Of a stretch of 64,000 bases of DNA, positions 10,661 through 19,356 are shown piece after piece. Each line of letters begins with the position of its first letter. The stretch's first letter is position 1. The translations under genes were made by a program, and so were the position numbers. Below the pieces are notes generated by a model. The model saw only the letters and a list, made by a program, of their open reading frames with translations, was not told the origin of the DNA and did not search any database. Source of the stretch: Planctomycetota bacterium (GTDB lineage Bacteria > Planctomycetota > PLA2 > JAEUHO01); the NCBI GenBank assembly GCA_964228555.1, contig CAXQZU010000022.1, positions 15,695 to 79,694 of the forward strand. The letters are read 5' to 3'.

Positions 10661-11122
10661 ATGGACCAGCCCCGCATCGACCTGCGCGACCACCTGCACC
10701 CCCACTACGTGGTGCAGCTCAAGGGCCGTTCCAAGGACGCCGTGCTCGAGGAGATCGTGCGCGCCGTCGAGGGCTCGCCCGACGTGCGCGACCTGCCCGG
10801 CCTGCTGGCCGCGGTGCGCGAGCGCGAGGCGCTGCTCTCCACGGGGATCGGGCTGGGCATCGCCATCCCCCACGCGCGCATCGCCAGCGTCAACCGCTTC
10901 GTGGTGGCCGTGGGCCGCTGCGCACACGGCATCGAGTTCGGCAGCATCGACGGGAAGCCGGTCACCATCGTGGTGCTGATCGCGGGGCCGCAGGACGCGC
11001 AGAAGCCCTACCTCGAGCTGCTAGCCCAGATCAGCCGCCGGCTCAAGCTGGCCGAGGTGCGCGAGCGCATCACCAGCGGCTGCAGCGCCGACGAGGTCGT
11101 GCGCCTGCTCACCGCCCGCTAG
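10661..11122 (+). CDS. ptsN: PTS EIIA(Ntr)-type domain protein (PtsN-like)
   Basis: 153 aa with the EIIA fructose/nitrogen fold (LLSTGIGLGIAIPHARI, phospho-His context). ATG verified at 10661. Confidence 0.75.
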   Translation: MDQPRIDLRDHLHPHYVVQLKGRSKDAVLEEIVRAVEGSPDVRDLPGLLAAVREREALLSTGIGLGIAIPHARIASVNRFVVAVGRCAHGIEFGSIDGKPVTIVVLIAGPQDAQKPYLELLAQISRRLKLAEVRERITSGCSADEVVRLLTAR

Positions 11123-11137
11123 GCGGCGCCCCGCCCG

Positions 11138-14100
11138 CTAGGGCCCGGGCGGCCCCACCGGCACCACGCGTGCGCCCTCGTCGGTGAGCAGCAGCAGCGC
11201 ACCGGCCAGCCGCGCCGGCGGCGAGCGCCAGGGCACCTGCATGGACACCGGCCAGGGCACGGGCGAGGCCGGCCGCGCCTCGGAGCCGCCCTCTGCGCTG
11301 GGCACCCACAGGTGGCTGCGCAGGTACAGCCCGCTGTCGGCGGGCTGGCGCGTGATCCCGCTGGCCAGCAGCCCGTCGGGCGTGGCCACGAGGTGCGTCA
11401 GCAGCAGCTCGCCCGTGGCGCGCGTCAGCGGCGGCTCGTGGTCGAGCAGCGTGAAGCGCAGGTTGCCGCGCCGGTCGTCCTCGATGCGCCCGAAGGTCAT
11501 CACCGTGACACCGCGCTCGGCACTGCCCGGCCAGCGCACGGCGTAGCGCACCACGTGCAGCGTGTCGCCCACCGCCCGCAGGCGGCTGTTGGCGTCGAGC
11601 AACCCGCCATGGTGAGGCTGCTCGGTGAGCAGGCTGCCGGGCGAGAGCCCGCCCCGCCGCACGAAGCCCTCGGAGGCCGGGTCAGGCGCCAGCAGCCACA
11701 CGTGCGACGGCCACGCGCCCACGGCGACGTACGCACCGGCAGCAAGGCTGGGCGCGAACCCGGCCGGCTCCGGCAGCGGCAGGCGGCCCAGCGCCAGCGT
11801 GGTGCTGTTCACGGTCCACAGCACGCCCTGCCCGCGCCCGGCCACGAGGTGCATGCGGCCCGCCGTGCTGCCCCACGCGCGGCGCTCGGCACGCACGGCC
11901 GCCTGCGGCTGGAAGGGGTGCGTGGGGTCCTCCTCCAACGGGCTGGCCCAGCGCAGCGAGCCATCGGCCGCGTCCAGCAGCAGCAGCTGCCCCGGCTCCC
12001 CCAGCGACACGGCCAGCGCGCTGCCGCAGGCCTCCAGCGCCGCGATGCGGCCCCGCAGCGACGCGCGCCAGCGCTCGCGCCCGTCGCGCAGGTCCAGCGC
12101 CACCAGCAGGTCATCGTCGCCCTGCCTGCGCACGCAGGCCAGTGCCTGCCCCCCCAGCACCTCCAGGCGCCACACCGTGCCCGGGCCCTCCAGGCTCCAG
12201 GGCGCCTCCACGCTGGGCGGATCGAGGCTCACGCGCACCACCCCGGTGCGCGTGGGCAGCCAGGCCCGGCCCGCCCCGTCCAGCCAGGCGCTGTCCCGGT
12301 CCAGCAGCGTGCGCGCCTCCTCGACGGGGCGCGCCTGCGGCACGAAGCGCAGGTGCTCGGGCTGGCCGGAGCGCAGGCGCACGACCTCCACTGGCGAGCC
12401 CGGCTCGCTGCGTGCGATGCGCCGCATGAGGTCGGCCGTGCTGGCCAGCGGCGCCCCTCCCCAGCTGAGCAGCCAGTCGCCGGCCAGCAGGCCGGAGAGG
12501 TCGGCTGGCTGGCCCGCCGCGGTTCGCAGGAGGCGCACGCCGGGCTCGGGAAGCCACGCAGCACTGTCCTGCAGCGAGCCGCCCAGCCAGCCCCGGTCGC
12601 CGGTGGGCAGCGCGGCCACGCGCGCACCCGAGGCCAGCGACCACACTTCCAGCTCCAGCCCGCGCAGCACGAGGAATCGGTCCGCCGCCCGCGCCACGCC
12701 CGGCCCCCGCAGGCTGGGCACGCTCACGGCCCCGAGGCGGTCCTGGATGCGCGGGCCGTCCGCCGCGGGCCAGAACGCGAGTGGCTCGCGCAGGTCGCCG
12801 CCGCGCGTGGGTGCCCAGCCGTGCTGCGCACGCCACGCCGTGATGCGCTGCGCCGGCGTGCGTCCCTGCTCGTCCACCAGCGCGGCGGCGTGGCGCCGCA
12901 GGTCCTCCAGCAGCGCACGACCCGTCTCCAGGTCACCGGCCTCGAGGCAGGCGTCGGCCTCCAGCGACTGCCAGCGGGCGAGCGCCTCGGGCGGGGCCGC
13001 GTCGTGGTCCAGCCGCAGGTCGGCGGCCTGCCATGCCGCCGTGCATGCATCGCCCTGCGCGCGCGCCTGCGCGAGCAGGCGGGAGCGTGCCGCGGCCAGT
13101 GCCCGCGTGCCCGCCGCGCGCCGCAGCGCCTCGCGCTGGGCCTGCGGTGAGGCTGCCTCCACTGCCTGCAACGCCTCGGACACGACCTGCTCGTGGGACG
13201 CCAGCGCTGCCGCGGCACCCGGCTCGCGCCGTAGCGCGCGCAGCAGGGCAGCCGCCAGCAGGTCCCCGCGCAGCCGACCGCCCACGGGCAGCACGAAGCC
13301 TGCCTCGAGGTCCCCATCCTGCACCTCGTAGCCCTCGAGCACGGCGGGTGGCGCCTCGATCCAGGCCACCAGCAACGCGACCAGCGCGGGCCAGCGCGCC
13401 GCGCCGCGCAGCACGCGCGCCCCGTCCAGCAGGATGCGCTCGCGCCACGGCGCGGGCAGCCGGGCCAGCGCGTGCAGGCGTGCCGGCAGGGCTGCGTCCG
13501 CCCACGGCTCCACGCCCACCCACTCCTCGCCCAGCATGCGCTCCACGTCGCGCGCGAGCGCGGCCGCCACGGCCCCATCCTCGTCGGGCAGGCCGTCGAG
13601 CGCCTGCAGGAGGCCCGGCAGGTCCCGCCGCAAGCAGGCACCCACGGACCGTCGGGCAGGCTCGCCGGCCGCGGGGTAGGCCGCCTCGAGGTCCTCCTCC
13701 GCCACGCAGGCTCGCAGGCCTGCGTTCTCGGCCAGGATCCAGGTGCCGGCGATGCGCACGAGGTCGCAGGGCGCCACGGCCCCGGCCTCGCCGGCGCGCG
13801 CATCCGGCAGGTCCACGCGCACGGGCGGGCCGTCCTGCCTGCCGGTGCCGGGCCACGCTTGCACCCGCAGCATGCCGCGCGTGCCGAGGTCCACACCGAC
13901 GTGCCAGTCCCCGACCACCACGCCGCGCCCCGTGGCGGGCAGGTCGGGCGCGTCGGGTGCCGGCGCGGCCATGCCCGACGCACCCCAGGAACGCAGGGCG
14001 CCGCCCACTGCGTCGAAGGTGGCGGGCTGGGCACCCAGCACGCGCACCAGCGGCTGCAGGCTGGGGTCATCCTGCAGCCCGCACAGGTCGTTGATCGGCA

Positions 14101-15868
14101 AGCGCGCCGCCTGCCAGCGCAGGCGGCCCGTGCCCTGCTCCAGCGCCAGCAGCGCGGGAGCATCCATCGGCATCAGGATCCACTGCCCACCCCAAGGCAG
14201 CGGCTGGTTGCGGGCGCTGCCGCCCCACAGGCGCTCCTGCGCGAGGTCCGCCTGCCCGGGGACGAAGCGCGGCAGGGCGCGCAACCAGCGCACGCGGCCC
14301 GTGCGCGCATCGAGACCGGCCGCCAGGCCCGCGTGCGGCACCACGCACAGCTCGTCACCGGCCAGCACGGGCCGCTGGCCCCACGGCAACGACTGCACGA
14401 CCGGCGCACCGCGCTGCTCCTCGTCCTTGGGCTCCACCCGTCGACCGCTCTCGCCGTGCGCCAGCTCCTGCACCCAGCGCGGCCTGCCCGTGTGCCGGTC
14501 CAGGCAGGCTGCGTAGGTGGTGAGGGTGCCGCGCCGTCGCGCGAAGAGCACGTAGAGCCCGTCCTCGTGCACGAGGGCCGGGCTGGTGCACGACACGGCG
14601 CGGTCGCCCAGCACGGGATGCGACTCGCGCAGGGCCCCGGTGTGCCAGCGCAAGCCTCCATCGGCCGCCTGCAGCACCACGAGCCGCGCACGCACCTCGG
14701 CCGGGCCCGCGTCGATGTCCAGCTCGCGGTCGCCGGAGGCGAGGAAGGAGCCCGTGCCGCCCGGGTCGCCCACGACCGCCAGCACGTCGTCACCCGAACG
14801 CTCCACCCAGCGCAAGGGCTCGTCCCACGGCTGGTACGCCGGGCGCGGCAGGCCCGCGCCCGCCGCGGCCGGGAAGGACCAGCGCTCCACGCCCGTGGCC
14901 AGGTCGAGCGCACGCACCCGCCGGCCGTCGTGCACGAACAGCCCGCGCGCATCGCCGGCCACGGCCACGGCCGGCAGGGCAGGACCCGCCGGCGCAGCGG
15001 CCGGGTCGCGCAGGTCCAGGCGCCAGGCCAGGCGCAACGCGCGCGGCAGGGTCGCCGGAGGGCCCGCGGCCGGGCGGTTCCCGTCCGCGCGGCGGGGCTC
15101 GAGCCGCTGTCGAGCCGCCTCGCCCACCGCATCGGTGCGCGTCGCCAGCGCCTGCAGGGCGTGCAGGTCGCCGCAGGCTGCGGCCAGCCGTACCTCCGCG
15201 CGCTCGGCCGCGTCCCGGGCCCGCGCATCCGTCGCTGCGGTGGCAAGGGCCCGCCAGCGTGCCAGCAGCAGGCGCGCGCGCGCAGGCTCGCCGCATTCCT
15301 CGGCCAGCGCTGCCGCTGCCAGCAGGGCCTGGACGCCCACCTCGTCGAGCACGGGCGCCTCGCACAGCCGCTCCAGCGCTGCGCGGTCGCCCCCGCGCGC
15401 CTGGCCCAGCAGGCGCGCTGTCTCGCCCTGCAGGCGTGCCGCCAGCGCAGCGCGCTGCACGCTGGGCCAGCCGGCTGCCAAGCGCTCCAGCGCCTGCGCC
15501 CACGGCACGAACAGGCCGCGCGAGGCAGCCTCGGGCTGCGCATCGGTGTCCAGCACAGGCACGAGCCGAGCCCCCTGCGCCGCGCCCGCCGAGAGCAGCT
15601 CCAGGGCGCCAGCCAGGTCGCCCGAGCGCCGCATCCGCTCCGCCGCCTGCAGGCAGGCCAGCGCCGTGCCCTCCGGATCTACCTCCACGCTCGCCAGCGG
15701 CGGTGCGGGCGGCGCTGCCGCGGGCGCGGGCGCCACGGCGTCCTCGGCGCTCGCCGCCACGACCCACGCACCACCGAGCAGCACGCACGGCAGGACGCAG
15801 CCCAGCAGGGTGCGCAGCGCAGGGCGGCGCAGGCCACGAGCGACAGGAGCGGGCCGCAGGCGCGTCAC
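11138..15868 (-). CDS. giant secreted PQQ-like beta-propeller repeat protein with a C-terminal PDZ domain
   Basis: About 1576 aa. Signal peptide follows the proposed GTG start (LRTLLGCVLPCVLLGGAWVVAASA). Multiple PQQ/BamB-like WD-type repeats (TGRVRWLRAL, DGSLRWASPL) and a PDZ block (GDWLLSWGGAPLASTADLMRRIARSEPGSPVEVVRL). Opposite-strand ORFs are compositional junk. Confidence 0.75.
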   Translation of the reverse strand: MTRLRPAPVARGLRRPALRTLLGCVLPCVLLGGAWVVAASAEDAVAPAPAAAPPAPPLASVEVDPEGTALACLQAAERMRRSGDLAGALELLSAGAAQGARLVPVLDTDAQPEAASRGLFVPWAQALERLAAGWPSVQRAALAARLQGETARLLGQARGGDRAALERLCEAPVLDEVGVQALLAAAALAEECGEPARARLLLARWRALATAATDARARDAAERAEVRLAAACGDLHALQALATRTDAVGEAARQRLEPRRADGNRPAAGPPATLPRALRLAWRLDLRDPAAAPAGPALPAVAVAGDARGLFVHDGRRVRALDLATGVERWSFPAAAGAGLPRPAYQPWDEPLRWVERSGDDVLAVVGDPGGTGSFLASGDRELDIDAGPAEVRARLVVLQAADGGLRWHTGALRESHPVLGDRAVSCTSPALVHEDGLYVLFARRRGTLTTYAACLDRHTGRPRWVQELAHGESGRRVEPKDEEQRGAPVVQSLPWGQRPVLAGDELCVVPHAGLAAGLDARTGRVRWLRALPRFVPGQADLAQERLWGGSARNQPLPWGGQWILMPMDAPALLALEQGTGRLRWQAARLPINDLCGLQDDPSLQPLVRVLGAQPATFDAVGGALRSWGASGMAAPAPDAPDLPATGRGVVVGDWHVGVDLGTRGMLRVQAWPGTGRQDGPPVRVDLPDARAGEAGAVAPCDLVRIAGTWILAENAGLRACVAEEDLEAAYPAAGEPARRSVGACLRRDLPGLLQALDGLPDEDGAVAAALARDVERMLGEEWVGVEPWADAALPARLHALARLPAPWRERILLDGARVLRGAARWPALVALLVAWIEAPPAVLEGYEVQDGDLEAGFVLPVGGRLRGDLLAAALLRALRREPGAAAALASHEQVVSEALQAVEAASPQAQREALRRAAGTRALAAARSRLLAQARAQGDACTAAWQAADLRLDHDAAPPEALARWQSLEADACLEAGDLETGRALLEDLRRHAAALVDEQGRTPAQRITAWRAQHGWAPTRGGDLREPLAFWPAADGPRIQDRLGAVSVPSLRGPGVARAADRFLVLRGLELEVWSLASGARVAALPTGDRGWLGGSLQDSAAWLPEPGVRLLRTAAGQPADLSGLLAGDWLLSWGGAPLASTADLMRRIARSEPGSPVEVVRLRSGQPEHLRFVPQARPVEEARTLLDRDSAWLDGAGRAWLPTRTGVVRVSLDPPSVEAPWSLEGPGTVWRLEVLGGQALACVRRQGDDDLLVALDLRDGRERWRASLRGRIAALEACGSALAVSLGEPGQLLLLDAADGSLRWASPLEEDPTHPFQPQAAVRAERRAWGSTAGRMHLVAGRGQGVLWTVNSTTLALGRLPLPEPAGFAPSLAAGAYVAVGAWPSHVWLLAPDPASEGFVRRGGLSPGSLLTEQPHHGGLLDANSRLRAVGDTLHVVRYAVRWPGSAERGVTVMTFGRIEDDRRGNLRFTLLDHEPPLTRATGELLLTHLVATPDGLLASGITRQPADSGLYLRSHLWVPSAEGGSEARPASPVPWPVSMQVPWRSPPARLAGALLLLTDEGARVVPVGPPGP

Positions 15869-15897
15869 GACCCGAGGGTAGCAGCCCCAGCCAGCGG

Positions 15898-18225
15898 CTA
15901 GTCCAGCAGGGCGCGCGCCGCGGCCTGCAGCTGGGCAGGGGCCAGCCGGTCCAGCTGGGCCAGCACCAGGCGCGTGCGGTCCACCTGCGGATACCGGCCT
16001 GCGTCTGCAGCCACGTGCGCCACGAGGCGCGCCAGCGCATCGCGGTAGCCCAGGCTGTGCGGGTCGGCATCGCGCTCCTCGGCCGGCAGCCGCTCGACCA
16101 TCTCCGCGAGCACGAGGTAGGGATGCGGCGAGGCCGCCAGCGCCCACAGCTGGGCGCGGCGCTCCAGCGCAGCCTCGAAGCGTGTCGCGGAGAGTCCCTC
16201 GCGCGCCAGCAGCCGCACCGTGGACGGCAGTCCCTGCCACAGGGGCAGGTGACGCCGCAGGTCCAGCACGTGCCCTTCCTCGTGCACGGCGAGGGTGGCG
16301 AGGCCTGCCCAGCGCTCGTGGGGCGAGGCCCGCTGGTGGGCTGCGAGCAGGCGCAGCCGCACCGCGCCCGGGTCGTCCAGCGCAGCAAGGCCTCGCGGAC
16401 CGTCGGCCGCCGGCAAGGGCATGGCGGACGCGGCCTCCACCAGCGAGGGATCCCGGCGCAAGGCGGCAAGGGCCTCGTGCTGGGCCTCCAGCGCGGCATC
16501 GGCGTCCAGCCACAACCCGTCAGGCAGGCAGGCGCCCGCCAGGCCGCCACCCTGCGCATCGACAAACGAGCGCAGGCCGCGGTCGTAGCCCAGCGCGAGG
16601 TCGTGCTGCAGGGCCTGTCCGCGCACGGTCACCGGTGCTGCGGGAACCAGCGCCGCCAGCGAGAACACGATGGCCTCCACGGGACCGTCGCTGCGCTGGC
16701 CCAGCACGAGGTAGCGCCCGTAGGCGCGGAAGTGCTGGACCAGCGGGGCTTCTGAGTGCACGCGGTGGTCCAGCCACGCGCCCACGAGTCCCACCTCCCG
16801 CAGGCCCGCACCCGGCACGGAGAGTCGCTGGGCTTCCTCGGGCACCAGGTGCTGGGCCGCCGCTGCGGCCATGCGCGCCAGCACGCGCGCCAGCGAGGCC
16901 CCCTGCGGGCGGCCCTGCGCGACCTGGTGGCCCGCACGGTAGCCCGTCTCCACTTCCTCGCGCAGCACCCGCTCGAAGGCCTGCTGGCCCTCCACGCGCC
17001 GGGCCAGCGCGCGCGCACCCGGTGTGTCCACGCAGGCCAGCACGTGCTGTGCGTCGGGGAGTGCCCCCACCGCGACCAGCGCCGCGGCCAGTGCCTCGAC
17101 CGCCGCGGGCGGCGCCTGCGGGCCGGGTGCCGCCTCCACCGCCCGTCGCAGATCCTGCCAGCGCGCGCGCAGCAGGCTGTCGCCCCGCTCGCGGGCGGCG
17201 GCCGGCGAGGCGGCCTCGATGGCCTCGACCACCTCGGTCCAGCGCCCCGCCTGCGCCAGCAGGTGGCGTCGCTCGCGCTCCAGCGGCACCGGCCTCGCAC
17301 CGGCGGCCAGGGCACGATCCAGCGCTGCCAGCGCACCCGCGCGGTCATCCTGCGCCAGCAGCAGCCGGGCACGCAGCGCCTCCGCCTCCGGGTTGCGGCG
17401 GTCCAGCACGGCCCCGATCGCGGCCCACTCCCCGGCGGGCACGACGGCGCCCTCCTCGCGCACGAGGTCGGCCAGCCGACGGGCCAGCGCCTCCGAGCGC
17501 GGCGCGAGCGCGAGCGCACGGCGCAGGGCATCGCGCGCCGGGAGCACGCGACCCAGCCTGCGCAGCACTTCCGCCTCCAAGGAGGGCCCGCGCGCGTCCT
17601 GCGGGTCCTCTCGCACCACCTCGGCCGCCAGCGCGAGGGCCTGCGGCAAGCGACCGAGGTGCACACAGGCGCGCGCCGAGAGCAGCCACGCCTCCACCCG
17701 CACGAAGGGGGAGGCTGCCCCGCCCAGCGCCCGAGCCTCGCCCAGCAGCTCGGCGTGCTCGCCCAGCCGTGCCAGCACGTGCAACAGCGCCAGCCTCAAC
17801 CACGGGCTGCGGTCGCGCCTCGAGGCCACGCGCAGCCGGTCCCGTTCCGTCGCGGCATCAGGCGCCAGCAAGGCTTCCAGGGCCGCCCGCAGCCCCCCCG
17901 AGGGCAGGGCCTGCAGGCGCGCCAGGACCTCGCCGCGGCCCCGCACCAGCGGGGCGACCTGCGTCCACAGCCAGGCCACCTCGGCGGGGCCCTGCGCAGG
18001 GTCCCCCTCGGCCTCGAGGCAGCGCACGGCCCCCCCCACATCGTGGGCCCGGAGCAGGGCCCGCGCCTCGGCTGCCTGCCGGACAGTCGGGCCCGCCCCG
18101 CGCACCGGCCCGGGGAGCGCGGGGGGCTCGGCACCGGCCACGGCGGCGGCACCCGCAAGGCCGGGCACACCCCCGCAGAGGGCCACCAGCAGCACGAGGA
18201 CGGCCTGGCAGGCGGATCGGACCAC
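15898..18225 (-). CDS. secreted TPR-repeat protein with a C-terminal HExxH zinc-metallopeptidase-like motif
   Basis: Signal peptide (VRSACQAVLVLLVALCGG), long Ala/Leu-rich TPR-like region, and an AVHEEGHVLDL (HExxH) motif near the C-terminus. GTG start. Confidence 0.7.
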   Translation of the reverse strand: MVRSACQAVLVLLVALCGGVPGLAGAAAVAGAEPPALPGPVRGAGPTVRQAAEARALLRAHDVGGAVRCLEAEGDPAQGPAEVAWLWTQVAPLVRGRGEVLARLQALPSGGLRAALEALLAPDAATERDRLRVASRRDRSPWLRLALLHVLARLGEHAELLGEARALGGAASPFVRVEAWLLSARACVHLGRLPQALALAAEVVREDPQDARGPSLEAEVLRRLGRVLPARDALRRALALAPRSEALARRLADLVREEGAVVPAGEWAAIGAVLDRRNPEAEALRARLLLAQDDRAGALAALDRALAAGARPVPLERERRHLLAQAGRWTEVVEAIEAASPAAARERGDSLLRARWQDLRRAVEAAPGPQAPPAAVEALAAALVAVGALPDAQHVLACVDTPGARALARRVEGQQAFERVLREEVETGYRAGHQVAQGRPQGASLARVLARMAAAAAQHLVPEEAQRLSVPGAGLREVGLVGAWLDHRVHSEAPLVQHFRAYGRYLVLGQRSDGPVEAIVFSLAALVPAAPVTVRGQALQHDLALGYDRGLRSFVDAQGGGLAGACLPDGLWLDADAALEAQHEALAALRRDPSLVEAASAMPLPAADGPRGLAALDDPGAVRLRLLAAHQRASPHERWAGLATLAVHEEGHVLDLRRHLPLWQGLPSTVRLLAREGLSATRFEAALERRAQLWALAASPHPYLVLAEMVERLPAEERDADPHSLGYRDALARLVAHVAADAGRYPQVDRTRLVLAQLDRLAPAQLQAAARALLD

Positions 18226-18291
18226 CAGGCCAGCCTACGGGGTGCGGCCCACCCGGACGGCACCCCCCCTCCCTGGGTCGCGCCCTCTTGC

Positions 18292-18306
18292 GTTCGCAAT
18301 CCGTTC
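18292..18306 (+). promoter_or_regulatory. GTTC-N7-GTTC direct repeat (alphaproteobacterial-type LexA/SOS box) overlapping a weak putative -35/-10
   Basis: The sequence is GTTCGCAATCCGTTCGG, 17 nt upstream of the small ORF at 18323 and about 420 nt upstream of lexA. A near-identical motif occurs at 54738-54752. Confidence 0.55.
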
Positions 18307-18322
18307 GGTTAGGTTGTTCGTC

Positions 18323-18466
18323 ATGAGCAACATCACCCTGACAAGCCTGTACTCCCGCACCGTGGTTCGCCACTCCCGAGACGAGCGTGCCCGCCTCCTG
18401 CCCCGGGGCGAGGCCGGCTTCCTGCTCCTGCTCGTGGCGGCGATGGCCCTGGCGCTGTTCGCCTAG
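18323..18466 (+). CDS. small (47 aa) hydrophobic protein, possible SOS-controlled membrane peptide
   Basis: MSNITLTSLYSRTVVRHSRDERARLLPRGEAGFLLLLVAAMALALFA has a C-terminal TM helix. It lies in a locally low-GC stretch immediately downstream of the LexA-box-like repeat, in the same orientation as lexA. Confidence 0.45.
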   Translation: MSNITLTSLYSRTVVRHSRDERARLLPRGEAGFLLLLVAAMALALFA

Positions 18467-18626
18467 GCCGCCCTTCGGGGCGGCCTCCCGAGCCCGCCGG
18501 CTGCCCGACGGCCAGCCCCGGGGGACGGGCTCCCCCCCGGCGAAGGCGCCGCCACGCGGCCAGCACGACAGCCCACGCCGCGCAAGGCCAACCGCGCAGC
18601 GTCCCTCCACCCCTGCTTCGCCCGCC

Positions 18627-18661
18627 CCATCCACCGTCTCCATCCACCCTCTCCATCCACC
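18627..18661 (+). repeat. three tandem copies of CCATCCACC separated by 4-5 nt
   Basis: The sequence is CCATCCACCgtctcCATCCACCctctCCATCCACC, in the lexA 5' region. Confidence 0.7.
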
Positions 18662-18729
18662 CCCGAACAAAGCCAAAAGGTAGGCGGCCGTTCGGCCGAT
18701 CCAGCCTCGTAGCCGCAGGAGCCCGCACC

Positions 18730-19335
18730 GTGAACTACACCCCCAAGCAGCTGCAGATCATGAACTTCCTGCGGGACTACCGCCGGACGCACGGCACCTC
18801 GCCCACGCTGGAGGAGATCGGCGAGCAGATGGGCGTGCACCGGGTGACGGTGCACCAGCATGTCACGTCGCTGGAGAAGAAGGGCGCCATCCGCAAGCTG
18901 CCGCAGCGCTCGCGGTCGATCGAGATCCTCGACCGGAACTACCTGCCCGAGGCCACCGTGCCGGTGCTGGGCCGCATCGCGGCCGGCCGGCCCATCGAGG
19001 CCATGGAAGACAGCGAGCACTACACGCTCGAGGAGCTGCTGCCGATCGCGCCGGGCCAGGACACCTACATCCTGCGCGTGGTGGGCCAGTCCATGATCGG
19101 CGACCACATCGCAGACGGCGACCTGGTGATGGTCGAGCGCACCCATCCCGGCCGCGAGGGCGAGATCGTGGTGGCCGTGGTGGACAACGAGGCCACCCTC
19201 AAGCGCATGTACCGCGAGCCGGACGGCAGCGTGCGCCTGCAGCCCAGCAACGCCACCATGAGCCCCATCTACGTGCGCCCGCCCCAGCAGCTGGACATCC
19301 GCGGCGTGGTGCGTGGCGTGCTGCGCCGCTACTAG
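18730..19335 (+). CDS. lexA: LexA repressor
   Basis: Winged-HTH N-terminus (LTPKQLQIMNFLRDY...GTSPTLEEIGEQMG) and S24 peptidase C-terminus with an Ala-Gly cleavage site region and Ser/Lys dyad (VVGQSMIGDHIADGDLVMV ... ATLKRMY). GTG start. Confidence 0.93.
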   Translation: MNYTPKQLQIMNFLRDYRRTHGTSPTLEEIGEQMGVHRVTVHQHVTSLEKKGAIRKLPQRSRSIEILDRNYLPEATVPVLGRIAAGRPIEAMEDSEHYTLEELLPIAPGQDTYILRVVGQSMIGDHIADGDLVMVERTHPGREGEIVVAVVDNEATLKRMYREPDGSVRLQPSNATMSPIYVRPPQQLDIRGVVRGVLRRY

Positions 19336-19356
19336 TCGCGCCGCCCGCCGGCTGCG

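Noticed and set aside
18387-18683. 98-aa + strand ORF in the lexA upstream region
   Set aside because: The translation is Pro/Ala/Ser/Arg-rich with no start context. The region is better explained as non-coding leader containing the CCATCCACC repeats.
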